Shown here one piece after another: positions 50,620-61,542 of a DNA stretch of 64,000 bases. Within the stretch, counting starts at the first letter, position 1. Every line of letters begins with the position of its first letter. Source of the stretch: Camelus ferus (Eukaryota); the NCBI RefSeq assembly GCF_009834535.1, contig NC_045696.1, positions 113,090,001 through 113,154,000 on the forward strand, written 5' to 3'. The notes beneath the pieces are model-generated. The model was not told where the DNA came from, searched no databases, and saw nothing but the letters and a program-made list of their open reading frames with translations. The position numbers and the translations under genes were made by a program.

Positions 50620-51300
50620 CTTTTTAGTGAGATATCAATGCATATACTAATAATGTATGTAGACTTGATGAGTTTTTAAATAGATGTTCACCCATGTAAC
50701 CACCACTCAGAAGGGAACACAGATCATTTCCACGCCCCAGAATGTTCTCTCATGCCTCCCTTGCTCCCCCATCAGTACATGACTCTTACCTCAGGGTTTA
50801 CTACTGTTCTGATTTCCATCAGCATTGATTCATTTTTTTACCTATTCCACTTCAACTTCTTATACATGAAATTACATAAACACTCTTTTGTATTTGACAC
50901 TTTTTGCTGAATTGAGACATTCACACATATTGTTCTGGGTATCAATATGTTATTCTTTTTTATTGCTGAGTAGCATTGGTTATGTGAATATACTACAATT
51001 TTTTAATTCATTCTCGAGTTGGTAGGCATTTGGGTTGTTTCCAGTTTTGATGAGCATATGTATTTCTCTTGGATAATACCCAGGAGTAGAAATGCTAGGT
51101 CGTAGGGTAGGTGCATATTTACTAGGAACTTCCCAACAACTTCCCAAGGTGGTTGTATAGACTGGTTGTACCACCAGCAGCACATAAGATTTCTAGTTGC
51201 TCCATAGCCTCTCCAACACTTGGTAATGTCAGTCTTTTTAATTTAGTAATTCTGATGGGTGTCTAATGGTGTCTCATTGTGGCTTTAAGGTGCATTTTCA
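50620..51300 (-). mobile_element. Old L1 (L1MD/ME-like) 3' region
   Basis: cacccatgtaaccaccactcag...tttattgctgagtagcatt...ggttgtttccagtttt...ctccaacacttggtaatgtcagtc...ctcattgtggcttta. Confidence 0.85.
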
Positions 51301-52519
51301 CCTAAAACAAATGAGTCATAAAAAGTATTGAAGTTCGTGATGAAGCTTTTAAATTCTTAGCTCCATCTACCACCCATGTTATAGTTATTAACCCTTTTCA
51401 GGAATCCTAACTATTTCTCTTTCCTGAGAGACACGATGCCGAACTGTGCATCATTCCAACTTTGTCCAATGTAGAAATCCCTCAGCCTCACCCCTTGTGT
51501 GGTATCCCCAGGATACAGCCCTGATCAATAGTGCCCAGTGGACACCCCACATTGCTGCCATATGCACCAGGCAATGAGTTTGCCCCGAAAGACACAGGGC
51601 AGTCTGCCTGTTCCATAAGTACCCAACGAACCATTATGGAGCACTGACTTTATTCCGAGAGCTATGCTGAGCTTTGAGGAAGCAATGGGGAGGGACCTCA
51701 GTACAGTCCCTCTCTTGAACGTCTCACAGTCTAGTGAGGGAGAGAACAAGTGAGCAGACTAGTGTCATGAGGAATGAGTGCTTTGAGACATGTGTCTGTT
51801 CAAGGATCTTGAAGCCCAGAGTAAAGGTGCTTGAAAAGAGCAAAGTCTTCCCAGGAAGAGTGAGAACCCAAGTGAGTGTTTCAGAAAGCAGACGGAGGGT
51901 ATCCCAGGCCAGGTACCTACAATGCAAAGGCGTGGAGGTGAGCCTCTGTCTGGGTCCCCAGGATTGTCAGTGCAGCTAGAGTGTAAGGCTTGTGTGGAAG
52001 GACATTGGCAGGAGATGCAGCCAAGACCATGGAGGGTGTACTTAGGTGAAGATATATTTTGCAGAATTTCATCCCAGAGACTCTCCTTCTCAGTTTACGT
52101 ACAAGCAAAAATGCTTCCCTTTGGCTGTTGTCTCTGAGTTGGGACTTCCACTCATCTTTTGAAGTTAAATTGCATGATGTTTGACTTGTTTCAAACTTCT
52201 TACCTGGACCCGAACACATTTTCTGTTAAACAGTTTGCAACGAATGTCTGCGTTCTCATATGTGATAGCCTAACTATTGTATTTTCTCCACTGGTAGTCT
52301 TTTGTTTTTGTTTTTGTTTTTGTTTTTGGATGTGCCTTCCAGACCCAACTCCCCAGCCCGTGCAAGAGCCCTGAGTGTGGCATATGCCCACTTTTAGTTT
52401 TCCTGCGGACTGGAATTTTATTCTAGGGGTTAACATCTGTCTTTTTGTTTGAGGGAGTGAGACATTTACATTCCTAATCAAGGATCTTCTCATCCAAACG
52501 AAGTCAGTCCTGATAACGT

Positions 52520-53290
52520 CCAAAACCTTCTCGGTCAAGCACAGCCGAGGAGCACGTAGGGTATCAGAATCACCTCCGCTGTATTTAACAAACTCTCATG
52601 TAACATGTATGCCCTCCCGCGTTCCAGGCGGTATCCTCTACATGACACACAGCAGCTCATTTAATCCTCACCACCACGCCAGAGCCGGAGCGTAGTATCT
52701 CCACCCACAGATGGGAACTGAGGCAGTAAGAGGTTTGGTGACGCGCTCAAGTCACAGGCGGGATTCGAACCCGCACATTCGTTCTGGTGACCACCGTGCG
52801 GCGGCTTCTTCCGCGTGACATAGCGAGGAGAAGCTCAAAGAAACAAAGTTCATTCAGCAAACATTTGTTGAGCAACTGCCGGGTGGGTGAGTCAGCAGCA
52901 CCTTTGCCCCAGGAACTCTTAACCTATTTGAGGAAACAAGGGGAAATAAAAAAAACAGTTTGCCATGCAGTGTTAACTCCAGGAGGAGGGAGGCAGTAAC
53001 GAAGCCTGGGGAAGGGAGCGGGAGGGCTTGGGTCTCAAACACAGGCTCGGCTCCCGTGTGAAGGTGTGAACAGGAGGGGCAGCTGTCCGAGGCCCGAGAG
53101 GGGAAGGTGTCTGGAGGGGTCAGGTGTGCCGGGGGTGGGGGGCGTTAAGGAGCACGGGCTCCCGAGGCGCTGCGGGCGGGGCTGGCGGAGGAGCTGCAGT
53201 GGGGGCGGGGGCGGAGGGTCCCGTTTGCAGACCGGAGAGCTGGGCTTCATCTGGTACCCACTGGGACGCCACTGCGGTGTTGCATAGAGA
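52520..53290. promoter_or_regulatory. CpG-island-like region with GC boxes (candidate promoter/enhancer)
   Basis: About 44 CpGs by hand count in ~780 bp, far above the local background. GC boxes gggcgggg and gggggcgggggcggag at ~53174-53217. TGAGTCAGCA at 52888-52897. Confidence 0.55.
52600..52790 (-). mobile_element. MIR SINE (CpG-rich copy)
   Basis: ctcatttaatcctcaccaccac...cacagatgggaactgaggca...ggcgggattcgaacccgca. Confidence 0.8.
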
Positions 53291-53639
53291 AGAGAGCTGA
53301 CGGAGACTTGTCACTGCTGTAACCCAGCATAGGAAGAAAGCTAGCCGTTCGGGGCATCTGGAATCTAGGAAGATGGTGTAGGTGGAGAAGTTGACAATAA
53401 ATTATGGCATGTGAACTATAAACATGCAGAGAGGGGACATGAGAGGGGAGGGGACAGGTGAGAGCAAGGGAGGGGAGGAGGAAGAAAGGAAGAGAGAGAG
53501 AGAGAGTGATGTTTGCCAAAAGGAAGGGAGGAGGGGGGAAAGAAGGGGAAAGCACGGAAGAAAGGGAAAAAACAGAAAACATGTCAGTACCTTTAAAGTA
53601 TTTCATGGTATTTGTCATTCTCTTTCTGCCTTACTTCAG

Positions 53640-54078
53640 ATATTGTAATAGCCTATGATGAAAAAGAATATATATAAAAAGATACACATTTTATTTACAA
53701 ACCAGAGATAGAGTCACAGACATAGAAAACAAACTGTGGTCAGGGTAGGGGGAGGCAGTGAGGGATAGATCAGGAGTTTGGGATTAACAGATACACATTA
53801 CCATGTATAAAATAGGCAAACAACAAGGACCTACTGTATAGCACAGGGAACTACATTCAACTTCTTGTAATGAGCTCTAATGGAAAGAATCTGAAAATAT
53901 ATATATGTGTATGTATGTATACGTGTAACTAAATTGCTTTGCTGTACACCTGAAACTAACATTGTAAATCAACTACACTTCAATAAAAATAAGAATTTAA
54001 AAATTATATATATATATATATGCATAATTGAACACCAGAAAATAACACAACATTGTAAATCAACTATACTTCAATTCA

Positions 54079-54118
<40 letters not shown>
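53640..54118 (+). mobile_element. Nested L1 3' ends ending in an (AAT)n tail
   Basis: Inner L1 runs ttatttacaaaccagagatagagtcacagacatagaaaacaaac...aactacacttcaataaaa. An outer short L1 3' end supplies ttgtaatagcctatgatgaaaaagaat before it and aacacaacattgtaaatcaactatacttcaa after it. Confidence 0.85.
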
Positions 54119-55549
54119 TCTCATGGTAAAATGTTAGTGGCAAAGTCCACATACGGTTGAGGCTTTTGGAAGAATTTTCTCGGCCGGCTTTTGTTTTGGT
54201 GGCTCCCTGGCAGTTGCTGTCATGGCTCTGTGATAGCCCATGGAGATTCCTTCTATCCACAGATAATTTGTCAGGCTTATGTAAGACTTCATTTAAGGGG
54301 CATTGCCTTGGCATGCAGACAGCTTCTAGACTTTACACACCAGCAGAAACATGTTCTCTGAAGAGTGCAAGAAAGCAAATTAAATTCATTGCTCAGCACC
54401 CCAGCAGCAAACAAGTGCAGCAGTATGGGACATTTTCAGAATAATGCTTTTCATTTTTTTTAAAGAAAAAAAAGGTCATTGGAAATTCAGCCTCACAAGC
54501 CTGAATCTCGATGGCTTCCAACCCAAGGAAGCCTCAGATATTCGGGAATCACAAGCCTTATTTCGAACCACATTTTTCTTGTCCCCTTTGCCAGGTAAAA
54601 GCAGCATCATTAGTGGATTAGCAGTCCTGCTGATCAGGCTGCGCCGGCTGGCGGTGGATTGGAGTGGGGAGGGGGGTAGAGGGTCTCATGGTCACAGCAG
54701 CGGCCCAGGGACGTGGATAAGGTAGCATGTCAGGTGTTAGCTGTCCAGGCAGCCTCCTGGTGTTATAGGAGTCTCATTTCACCCGGGGCTTAGGTTACCA
54801 CAAGCCTTGCTCATCTTCCTCTGCAAGCCTGGCTCCTGGTAGCAGGATGGAGGCATGGTGTGGAATCCCAGGTGCGGAGAACAGCCCCAAGTCATGAGCT
54901 GTCTGTCCGGGGGGAGTGTTATGTGGCAAAACCCATGCAGTCATGACGCCAGCTCAGCGTCGGTCGGCACTGGCATCTGAGATGCATTTCAAGGGCGTCT
55001 AATTGGGATCTCTCAGCCACATAAGTGTGGGATGTGGCTGTGGGTTCTGAGCAGTTTATCTGCTTAGAAAGCCTTCCTTCCTCCTGGCTTGGGAGCAGAG
55101 TAGGAGCAGATTATGCCGAGGGTGTGGAAATGTCAGCAGGTCCTGACAGCCGGTAGAAGAGCAGGGTAAGTGTCACCGTGACGCCCTCCGTGTGGATGCT
55201 GAAGAGGGTTTTGTTTCCATTCCTATGTGTGGGTCAAGGCTTGTCCATCTTCAGGGTGTGGGCTTCCAGTGGCCAACTTAGCTGAAAAGTCTAATATATC
55301 ATTGCTAAGGGTGAGATTCCACAAATGTGCTTTTCCAAGATTTCTCATTTCTCTTGAAGTTAAAAGACAAGGCAAAGAAAATATAAGCCCTGGATTTCAG
55401 GCTTTCTTGGTGGAGGATTGACGGGTAAAGAGGTTAATAAAAGGATATAGATTATACTGCTGTGTTTTCTAAACATTAAAAATTTTAAGGAGATTTGTAA
55501 AAGAAAAATGATCTTAACTAGAAGATTGAATGCATGTGTGAATGCACAG

Positions 55550-56110
55550 TTGTAGTCAGTTTCTAGGGCCATACTTGGAGGGGCACTGAGTTCCCCCAAG
55601 TGGCATATCTGAGGGAACAGAGAGTGGTCCAGGGAAGGTGCGGCTTTGGAGATGCTCCATGTTCCACAGGAAAGGTGGGAAGGCCTGGGGGTGTTCAGTC
55701 TGGAAAGAAAGGGCTGCAGAAGGGATCACAGCTGTTTTGGGTAGAAGGAGGACGACCAGAGTGAGGAGACTGCCTCTTCTCTCTTCCCCGAGGAAAAGGG
55801 TTTTATCCTTTGGGGAAGGGAAGGACAGACCTCTTTGACAATCTGATTTAAAAAAAAAAAAAAAAAAAAACACGTAGGCTTTCTTCCCAGAAAGTGCACT
55901 TAGATAAACACAAAACTGGCACCTAATATTGAGGATTTCCTGGAACCTTATGAAAGAACTCCCATTTCCAACAGTAGGACTGACAGTGAATGGAAATTTC
56001 AGGATTTGGTTTGATATAAGAAAGAATCCTTAGAGAGTCTGGCAGGTGCTGCAGTGGAACCAGGCTCTTCATCAGGGGATTTACTCCACCCCTGGAATCT
56101 GCGTGAATGA
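55550..56110 (+). mobile_element. L3/CR1 LINE remnant
   Basis: gaaggcctgggggtgttcagtctggaaagaaagggctgcagaagggatcacagctg and atttggtttgatataagaaagaat resemble the CR1/L3 3' region. Confidence 0.6.
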
Positions 56111-57199
56111 TCGGGGGAGCTTCAGACTCACCAAGACCGGGGCCTGGATACAGGCGGTGCTGCTTTTAGATGTGGATCCTCAGACAAATTATTTATTCTG
56201 CTAACTATCCCTTCACTCCACTGGGAAGTGCAGGTCACAGCTGCCTCGGGGTGGTTGGGATCATTCAGTGACAAAGGGTATATAAGATGCTTGTCCCAGT
56301 ACTAGAGTGGATGCTGAGCCAAAAAGAACTTTTCTAAGTAATTCTCAAAGATTATGAGTTGAAAGAAAGAGCAGGAGAAAGCTTAATTCCTTCCTGTGCA
56401 TACGTTCTTCATAATTATGTTCCTTCTTCACTGTTAAGAATACGCGGGACCGCATTCTCGCTTTGTGTGGGAAGTAACCAGAAATGTCTAGCTCCAAACA
56501 TGTACCAGATTTATATTTTTTTAAAAAAAACTTTTCAGATGAATTGAAAGGTGGTATTATGGTATCTTCAAATTAAAAAAAAAAAAAAAAGAAAGCACTC
56601 TAACCCAAGTGTGAATGAACGTTGTAGAAAATGAAAGGTACTTGAGGTATTTCAAAGAGTTTTCAATAAGAAACTTATCCTGAATTTCTATTTCATAGAA
56701 GAGGAAATGAGGTTGCAATTTTAGGTAACACTTAATAATGGGAAAGAAAAGCAACTGTACATCGGGTGAAAAGTGATAATACTAAACCATCACAGAGTCT
56801 GTCATAGCTGTTAAATGCCTATCTTTGAGATTCTAGAAAAGAACAGAGTTTTTTCAAAGCGCTTTGGTAATGGGCATCTTAAAACATCCAGTGGGGTGTG
56901 AACGAGAGGATAGGAACATTTAGTCCCATGGGAGGCAGGATATTCTTAGCAGCTGGCGGCTCCAGGGAACTGGTCCAGAGTATTTGCTGCGATGTGAATC
57001 ATGTTTAATTCACCAAGGAGCAAATTGGTGTGGTGCACCTGCTACATCCAGAGCTCTGTTCCTGGTGCTGCTGGATGGGATGGCGGAGCTGTCCCTCACC
57101 TACAAGGACCATAGGCCAGGCTGGGAGTTCAGCACACGCTCCTGCAGGGGTGAGTGGTACAGGCAAGGATTCCCCAAGTCGCTGAGAGGAGAGAGGGAA

Positions 57200-58760
57200 G
57201 GTTGTATTTGAAGTCGATGGCATCTTTCATGGAGGAGGTGAGAACTGAGCTGGGTCTTGGAAACTCGTAGGAGTTTCTGCCTTTCGATCTCAGTGTGTGG
57301 CAGCATCATTCATCTGGGTGTTCAGTCCAAACACCTAGAAGTCATCCTTGCTTTCTCTCCTTGTTTTCTCTTTCCCTCACCCCTACGTCCAAACTCTCAG
57401 CAACTCCTGCGTCTTCTACCTCCAGAATGTATCTGGAGCCTGCATGCTCTCACCATCTCCACTGCTATCACCCGGAACCAGGCCACCATCATCCCCCTGA
57501 AACGCATCAGTAGCCTCTTAACTCAACTCGCTCCTTCCACTTTGGGGCCCATCCTCAAACCCGTTTTCCGTAAAGCAGGCAGAGTGATCAAGTCGCCCCT
57601 GCGATTTGAACTCTTTGGAGTTTTCCCACTGAGCTAGAAAATGAGGTCTTCGCTCCTCACCACAGCCTGTGAGGCCCAGCCTCACAGATCCCGCCCCCAT
57701 CCCTCTCCCCTTAGCTCACCGTGGTCCAGCCACACTGCCTTCTGCGATGCTGTGATCCAGTTAGACGTACAACAGAGAAAAAAGCATGTGCAAGTGACTG
57801 AAGGCCCTAAAAAGAGATCAGCTCACAATCCACAAGAAAGCTTCATTTAGTCATGATTTGGCCACACAAACGTGGGCATAGATGTAGGAAATGTCAGCGT
57901 GGTTTGATTTCAGGGACCCCCGGGGAAGGCTCCTTGTGTATTTTAGAATTTACCTCCCACGCCAGCTTCATGAAATGCTTTCCCAGGATAATATATTTTA
58001 TTAAATCCCCACCAAAAAGTACGGCCAGTGTTTACTGTGTGCCAAGTCCTGGAGCTGCAATGCTATAAGATAAGGAGATGTGGAGACCGACCTTTCAGGC
58101 TACCAGGGGGCGCAGACGATGACAACAGAAAATAATCACAATGAGGAGTTTTACAAGATGCCCTGAGAACCCAAGGTGGGGGCTGCCTAACTCTGACTTG
58201 GGAGGGCAAGGAAAGCTTCCCAGGGAAAAAGCCATGTTAGCTGAGGCTGGACACAGTGGATGTGGGACAGAGGGCAGAGGCAAGGGAGCGATATTCTTGG
58301 CAGGGGAAACAGCACATGAGAAAGGACTTAGGGATGGCATCGCATGTTCATGGAAACCAGAAAAATTCTTGATGGTGGTGCCATGATAAGAAGGAGGAGG
58401 AGAGGAGGGAGGGGAACCAGATATGAGGGGGAAGCGGTGGCCTGCGGACCCAGAGCCTTCCAAGTCACCCTCAGTTCTTCCTCCCTGTCAGTGGCAAATG
58501 AAAGGTTTCAAGCAGCGGGGTGACATCCCCTGATGTGTGTTTTAGAGAGCTCCCTCTGACTAGAGCATGAAGAGAGGGGCAAATGAGAGGTTAGCAGGGT
58601 AACCAGAAGGCTGTTCTGTAATCGAGAAGAGAGATGATGGTGGTGTGAAGCAACAGAGAGGTAAGAAGAACTGAGAAAAGTTCAGAAGAGAGATGTAGAA
58701 AGGATCATCTGAAAGACTTGGAGATAATCTCCAGGAGCAAAAAGGATGTTTCCCCGTGTT
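57200..58760. mobile_element. L2 fragments in both orientations
   Basis: ccaaacacctagaagtcatccttgc...ccaggccaccatcatc (+). tttactgtgtgccaagtcctggagctg...ggaaagcttcccaggga...agagatgatggtgg (-). Confidence 0.7.
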
Positions 58761-59531
58761 TCCACCATGGGCACCCTCTCCCAGGGCACTGCTGGCTAAG
58801 ATGGGCTCAGGTGTGAAAGGAGACTCGGGAGAAGATGGGGAGAAGTCACACTAGAGAGTAGATACCTTTCTTCTTTTTTTTTTTTTTTTAATGTGTGAGC
58901 ATGTTTTCTTTGCTATGTGGGCTCTGTAAATTCTGAAAATAGATGGTGGGAAGTCTATGAAAGGTGGAGAGAAGCGACGAGAATTTTCCTCAGAGAATCA
59001 TTGCCTCCTCCTTAATGTTGCTTAAGCCCTGGCCGAGACACCAAGCAATTCTTCTGTCATCAATAAACAATATTAAAGAGAAAGACTGAGTCGGCTACAT
59101 AACAGCAGGGTTCTTTCCAACGCCATTATTCTGTGACACCTGTGTTGATACTTTCCACCATCAAGGTGCGTCGGGAATCTTACCTGCTTTGGACAAGGTG
59201 ATTGCAGCCCCCTGGGGGATAAAAGTGTTTCCTCATCCCCTTTGGCTTCACATCCCTCTTTGGCCCTACTCAGGTCTCATTTACATTTTGGATGAGTAAA
59301 TGTCTGGACTGTCAGGTGTTTTATAAGCTTCACGGACATGTGAATGTGAGAGAGGCAGACAGACACAGAGGAAGATGACAGTAGGTACCTTCCTGAGACT
59401 CCATCCAATTACTTTAATTTCTGTGACATCATCCCACTTTAGTTGAAGCCTTCTGAAATGAGTAGCTCTTGTTTTACCTGTTATTTAAACTCGTATTAAA
59501 TGTGTTTCCGTGAGAAAGCGAGTTCCTGTAC

Positions 59532-59750
59532 AGCTAGGTTTCTCATCCTCAGCATTATGGATACTTGGGGCCGGATAATTCTTTGCTGCTGGGGGCTGTC
59601 TCGTGCATTGTAAGATAGTTAGCAGCATCCTGGCTTCACTTCCTCGATGCCAGTAGAGACCCAATCATGACAATCAAACGTGTCTTCAGACATCGCCACA
59701 TGTCCACGGAGGTGGGGACCAAATTGCCCCAGTTGAGAATCATTGTTCAG
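59532..59750. mobile_element. MER20 (hAT-Charlie)
   Basis: ttggggccggataattctttgctg...gtgcattgtaagatagttagcagcatcctggc...gatgccagtag...cagacatcgccacatgtcc...ccagttgagaatcattg. Confidence 0.88.
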
Positions 59751-59751
59751 G

Positions 59752-59920
59752 GCAGTGTTTCTCAAAACATTGTGCTCAGACCAGAGCATCAACATCATGT
59801 GAAAACCTATTATAAATGCAGATTTCTGGGAGAAAGAGACTCTAGGTGCGGGGCTAGTCACCTGCGTTTAAGAAGCAGGCCAGGTGATACTGAGAGACGC
59901 TGAAGTTTGAAAAGCACTGC
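59752..59920. mobile_element. MER5A-like MITE
   Basis: cagtgtttctcaaaac...gaccagagcatcaacatc...aaatgcagatttctggg...ccaggtgatact...aagtttgaaaagcactg. Confidence 0.75.
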
Positions 59921-60884
59921 TCTAGAGCAAACGAATGTTCACTAAAGTTTCACCAGAAATAGTTATTTACATTAAAAAAAATTTTTGGATGAGGGAAGAT
60001 CTCTCTTCCATTTTGCTTTCCCTTTTGAGAAAGGAAGTGAAAGGACATTATTTCATTTCTATTTCATTTCTGCAAAGATTGTTGATACATAGTTCTCTAT
60101 CATGGAAAATTCTTACAGAAACCAACAATTTTTAAATAACATGAAAAGTTTGTTACTCTGGAACGGAATTCTTTTTTCCTTAGTTACCAAAGATCGAACA
60201 ATAGTAGCGTGATTGGGTATCAGATTGACAAAGAGAGATTTTAAATAGGCACATGGAAAAACTTTCTGCAGGTAGACTAGAAACGTGATACAGAGCTTTC
60301 ATTCAGGGCAGCAGGCTCGCTGTCCAGCACCCTGCAGCATTTGGGAAGCAGAGGCAGGTGTCTGTAAGGGAGACCTTCCCTCTGTTTTCCTCTGTAGCTT
60401 CTCTTGTCACTTGTTTATTGACTCATCCCTTCTCCATCCAGAACAGTACTAAATAAGGGGCTGGAGTTTTCTGATCTATTTAAACAGCGGCTTTATAACA
60501 CATCTTACAAATTACAAAAGTTCCAATAAAACTTCTATTCTTCAAGTGCTTTTTCAAATTCTGGGATTGCGGAGCAACTCAGTGATATTGACATCTTTAC
60601 GAAATACCTATTGGGTTCCCAAACGTTAGGTTGGATTTCAAAAATCATCTTATTAGAAAGGAAGCTTTCACTTAAATAATTATTTTTAAAGAGTCAAGTA
60701 TGCCAAAATAAGGAAGATAAATTTAGTAAGACTTTATTTATTCTTTTTTCATGTATTGATTTGTTTAAAAATATTTATGGAGTGTCAACCATATAAAAGT
60801 GAGTAAGACAAATATTTATTCTCTGACCTCATGGAGCATACTTTTTCTGTAGTCAGAGGAAAGAGACAGAAAGCAAATAATCCA

Positions 60885-61125
60885 ACAGTTCAGATTTTGG
60901 GTTGAACCCTGTTATTGGATTATGAGATCAATTTAGTTGGTCACAAACGTCTTTCATGATTGTTTCTTTAAAGAACAAGCTAGAATAGAATGAAGAAAGT
61001 GGACCTTGTTCCACTGTAGCTCTTAAATGTGTTAGTTCATCAAACTGTCATTCCAGTTGTATGTATATGCCAGGGTATAAATCAGACATTTCGTGTTACG
61101 AGTTTTAAAAGTTTGAAAAATACTG
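60885..61125. mobile_element. MER103-like hAT remnant
   Basis: gggttgaaccctgttattggattatgagatcaatttagttggtcac...aaaagtttgaaaaatactg. Confidence 0.6.
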
Positions 61126-61449
61126 ACATTTTTAACCTAAATGAATCAATGAAATGGTTTTAATTGTAATGCATGCTGTGAACAGGCTAAAGATCTAAGA
61201 CAGAAAAATAACCAAAAATGTCAAGTGCAGGGAGGCAGAACCAGCGTCAGCTGTGTGGTCAGAACTGGTCTCTCTGCTGAAGGACCCTTCCAGCTGGACC
61301 CGCCAAGAGGAGGGGGCTGGCAGGACAGCCAAGCCTCCCAGACAAAGGAAACAGCGAGTGCAAAGATTCTGGTGGGACCTCGATACCACCTAAATGGCAG
61401 AGGAAATGGACAGTCCATCTCCTTCCTCCTTCGGAAGGAAAATTCTTGA

Positions 61450-61542
61450 ACTTTCTCTGTTTTAACGGAGGTGCTGGTGATTGAACCCAGGATCTTGTGC
61501 ATGCTAAGCACCCGCTCTACCATTGAGCTGTACCCTTCTCCC
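61450..61542 (-). mobile_element. tRNA-Ala-derived camelid SINE (short-tailed copy)
   Basis: Reverse complement gggagaagggtacagctcaatggtagagcgggtgcttagcatgcacaagatcctgggttcaatcaccagcacctcc. Confidence 0.88.
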
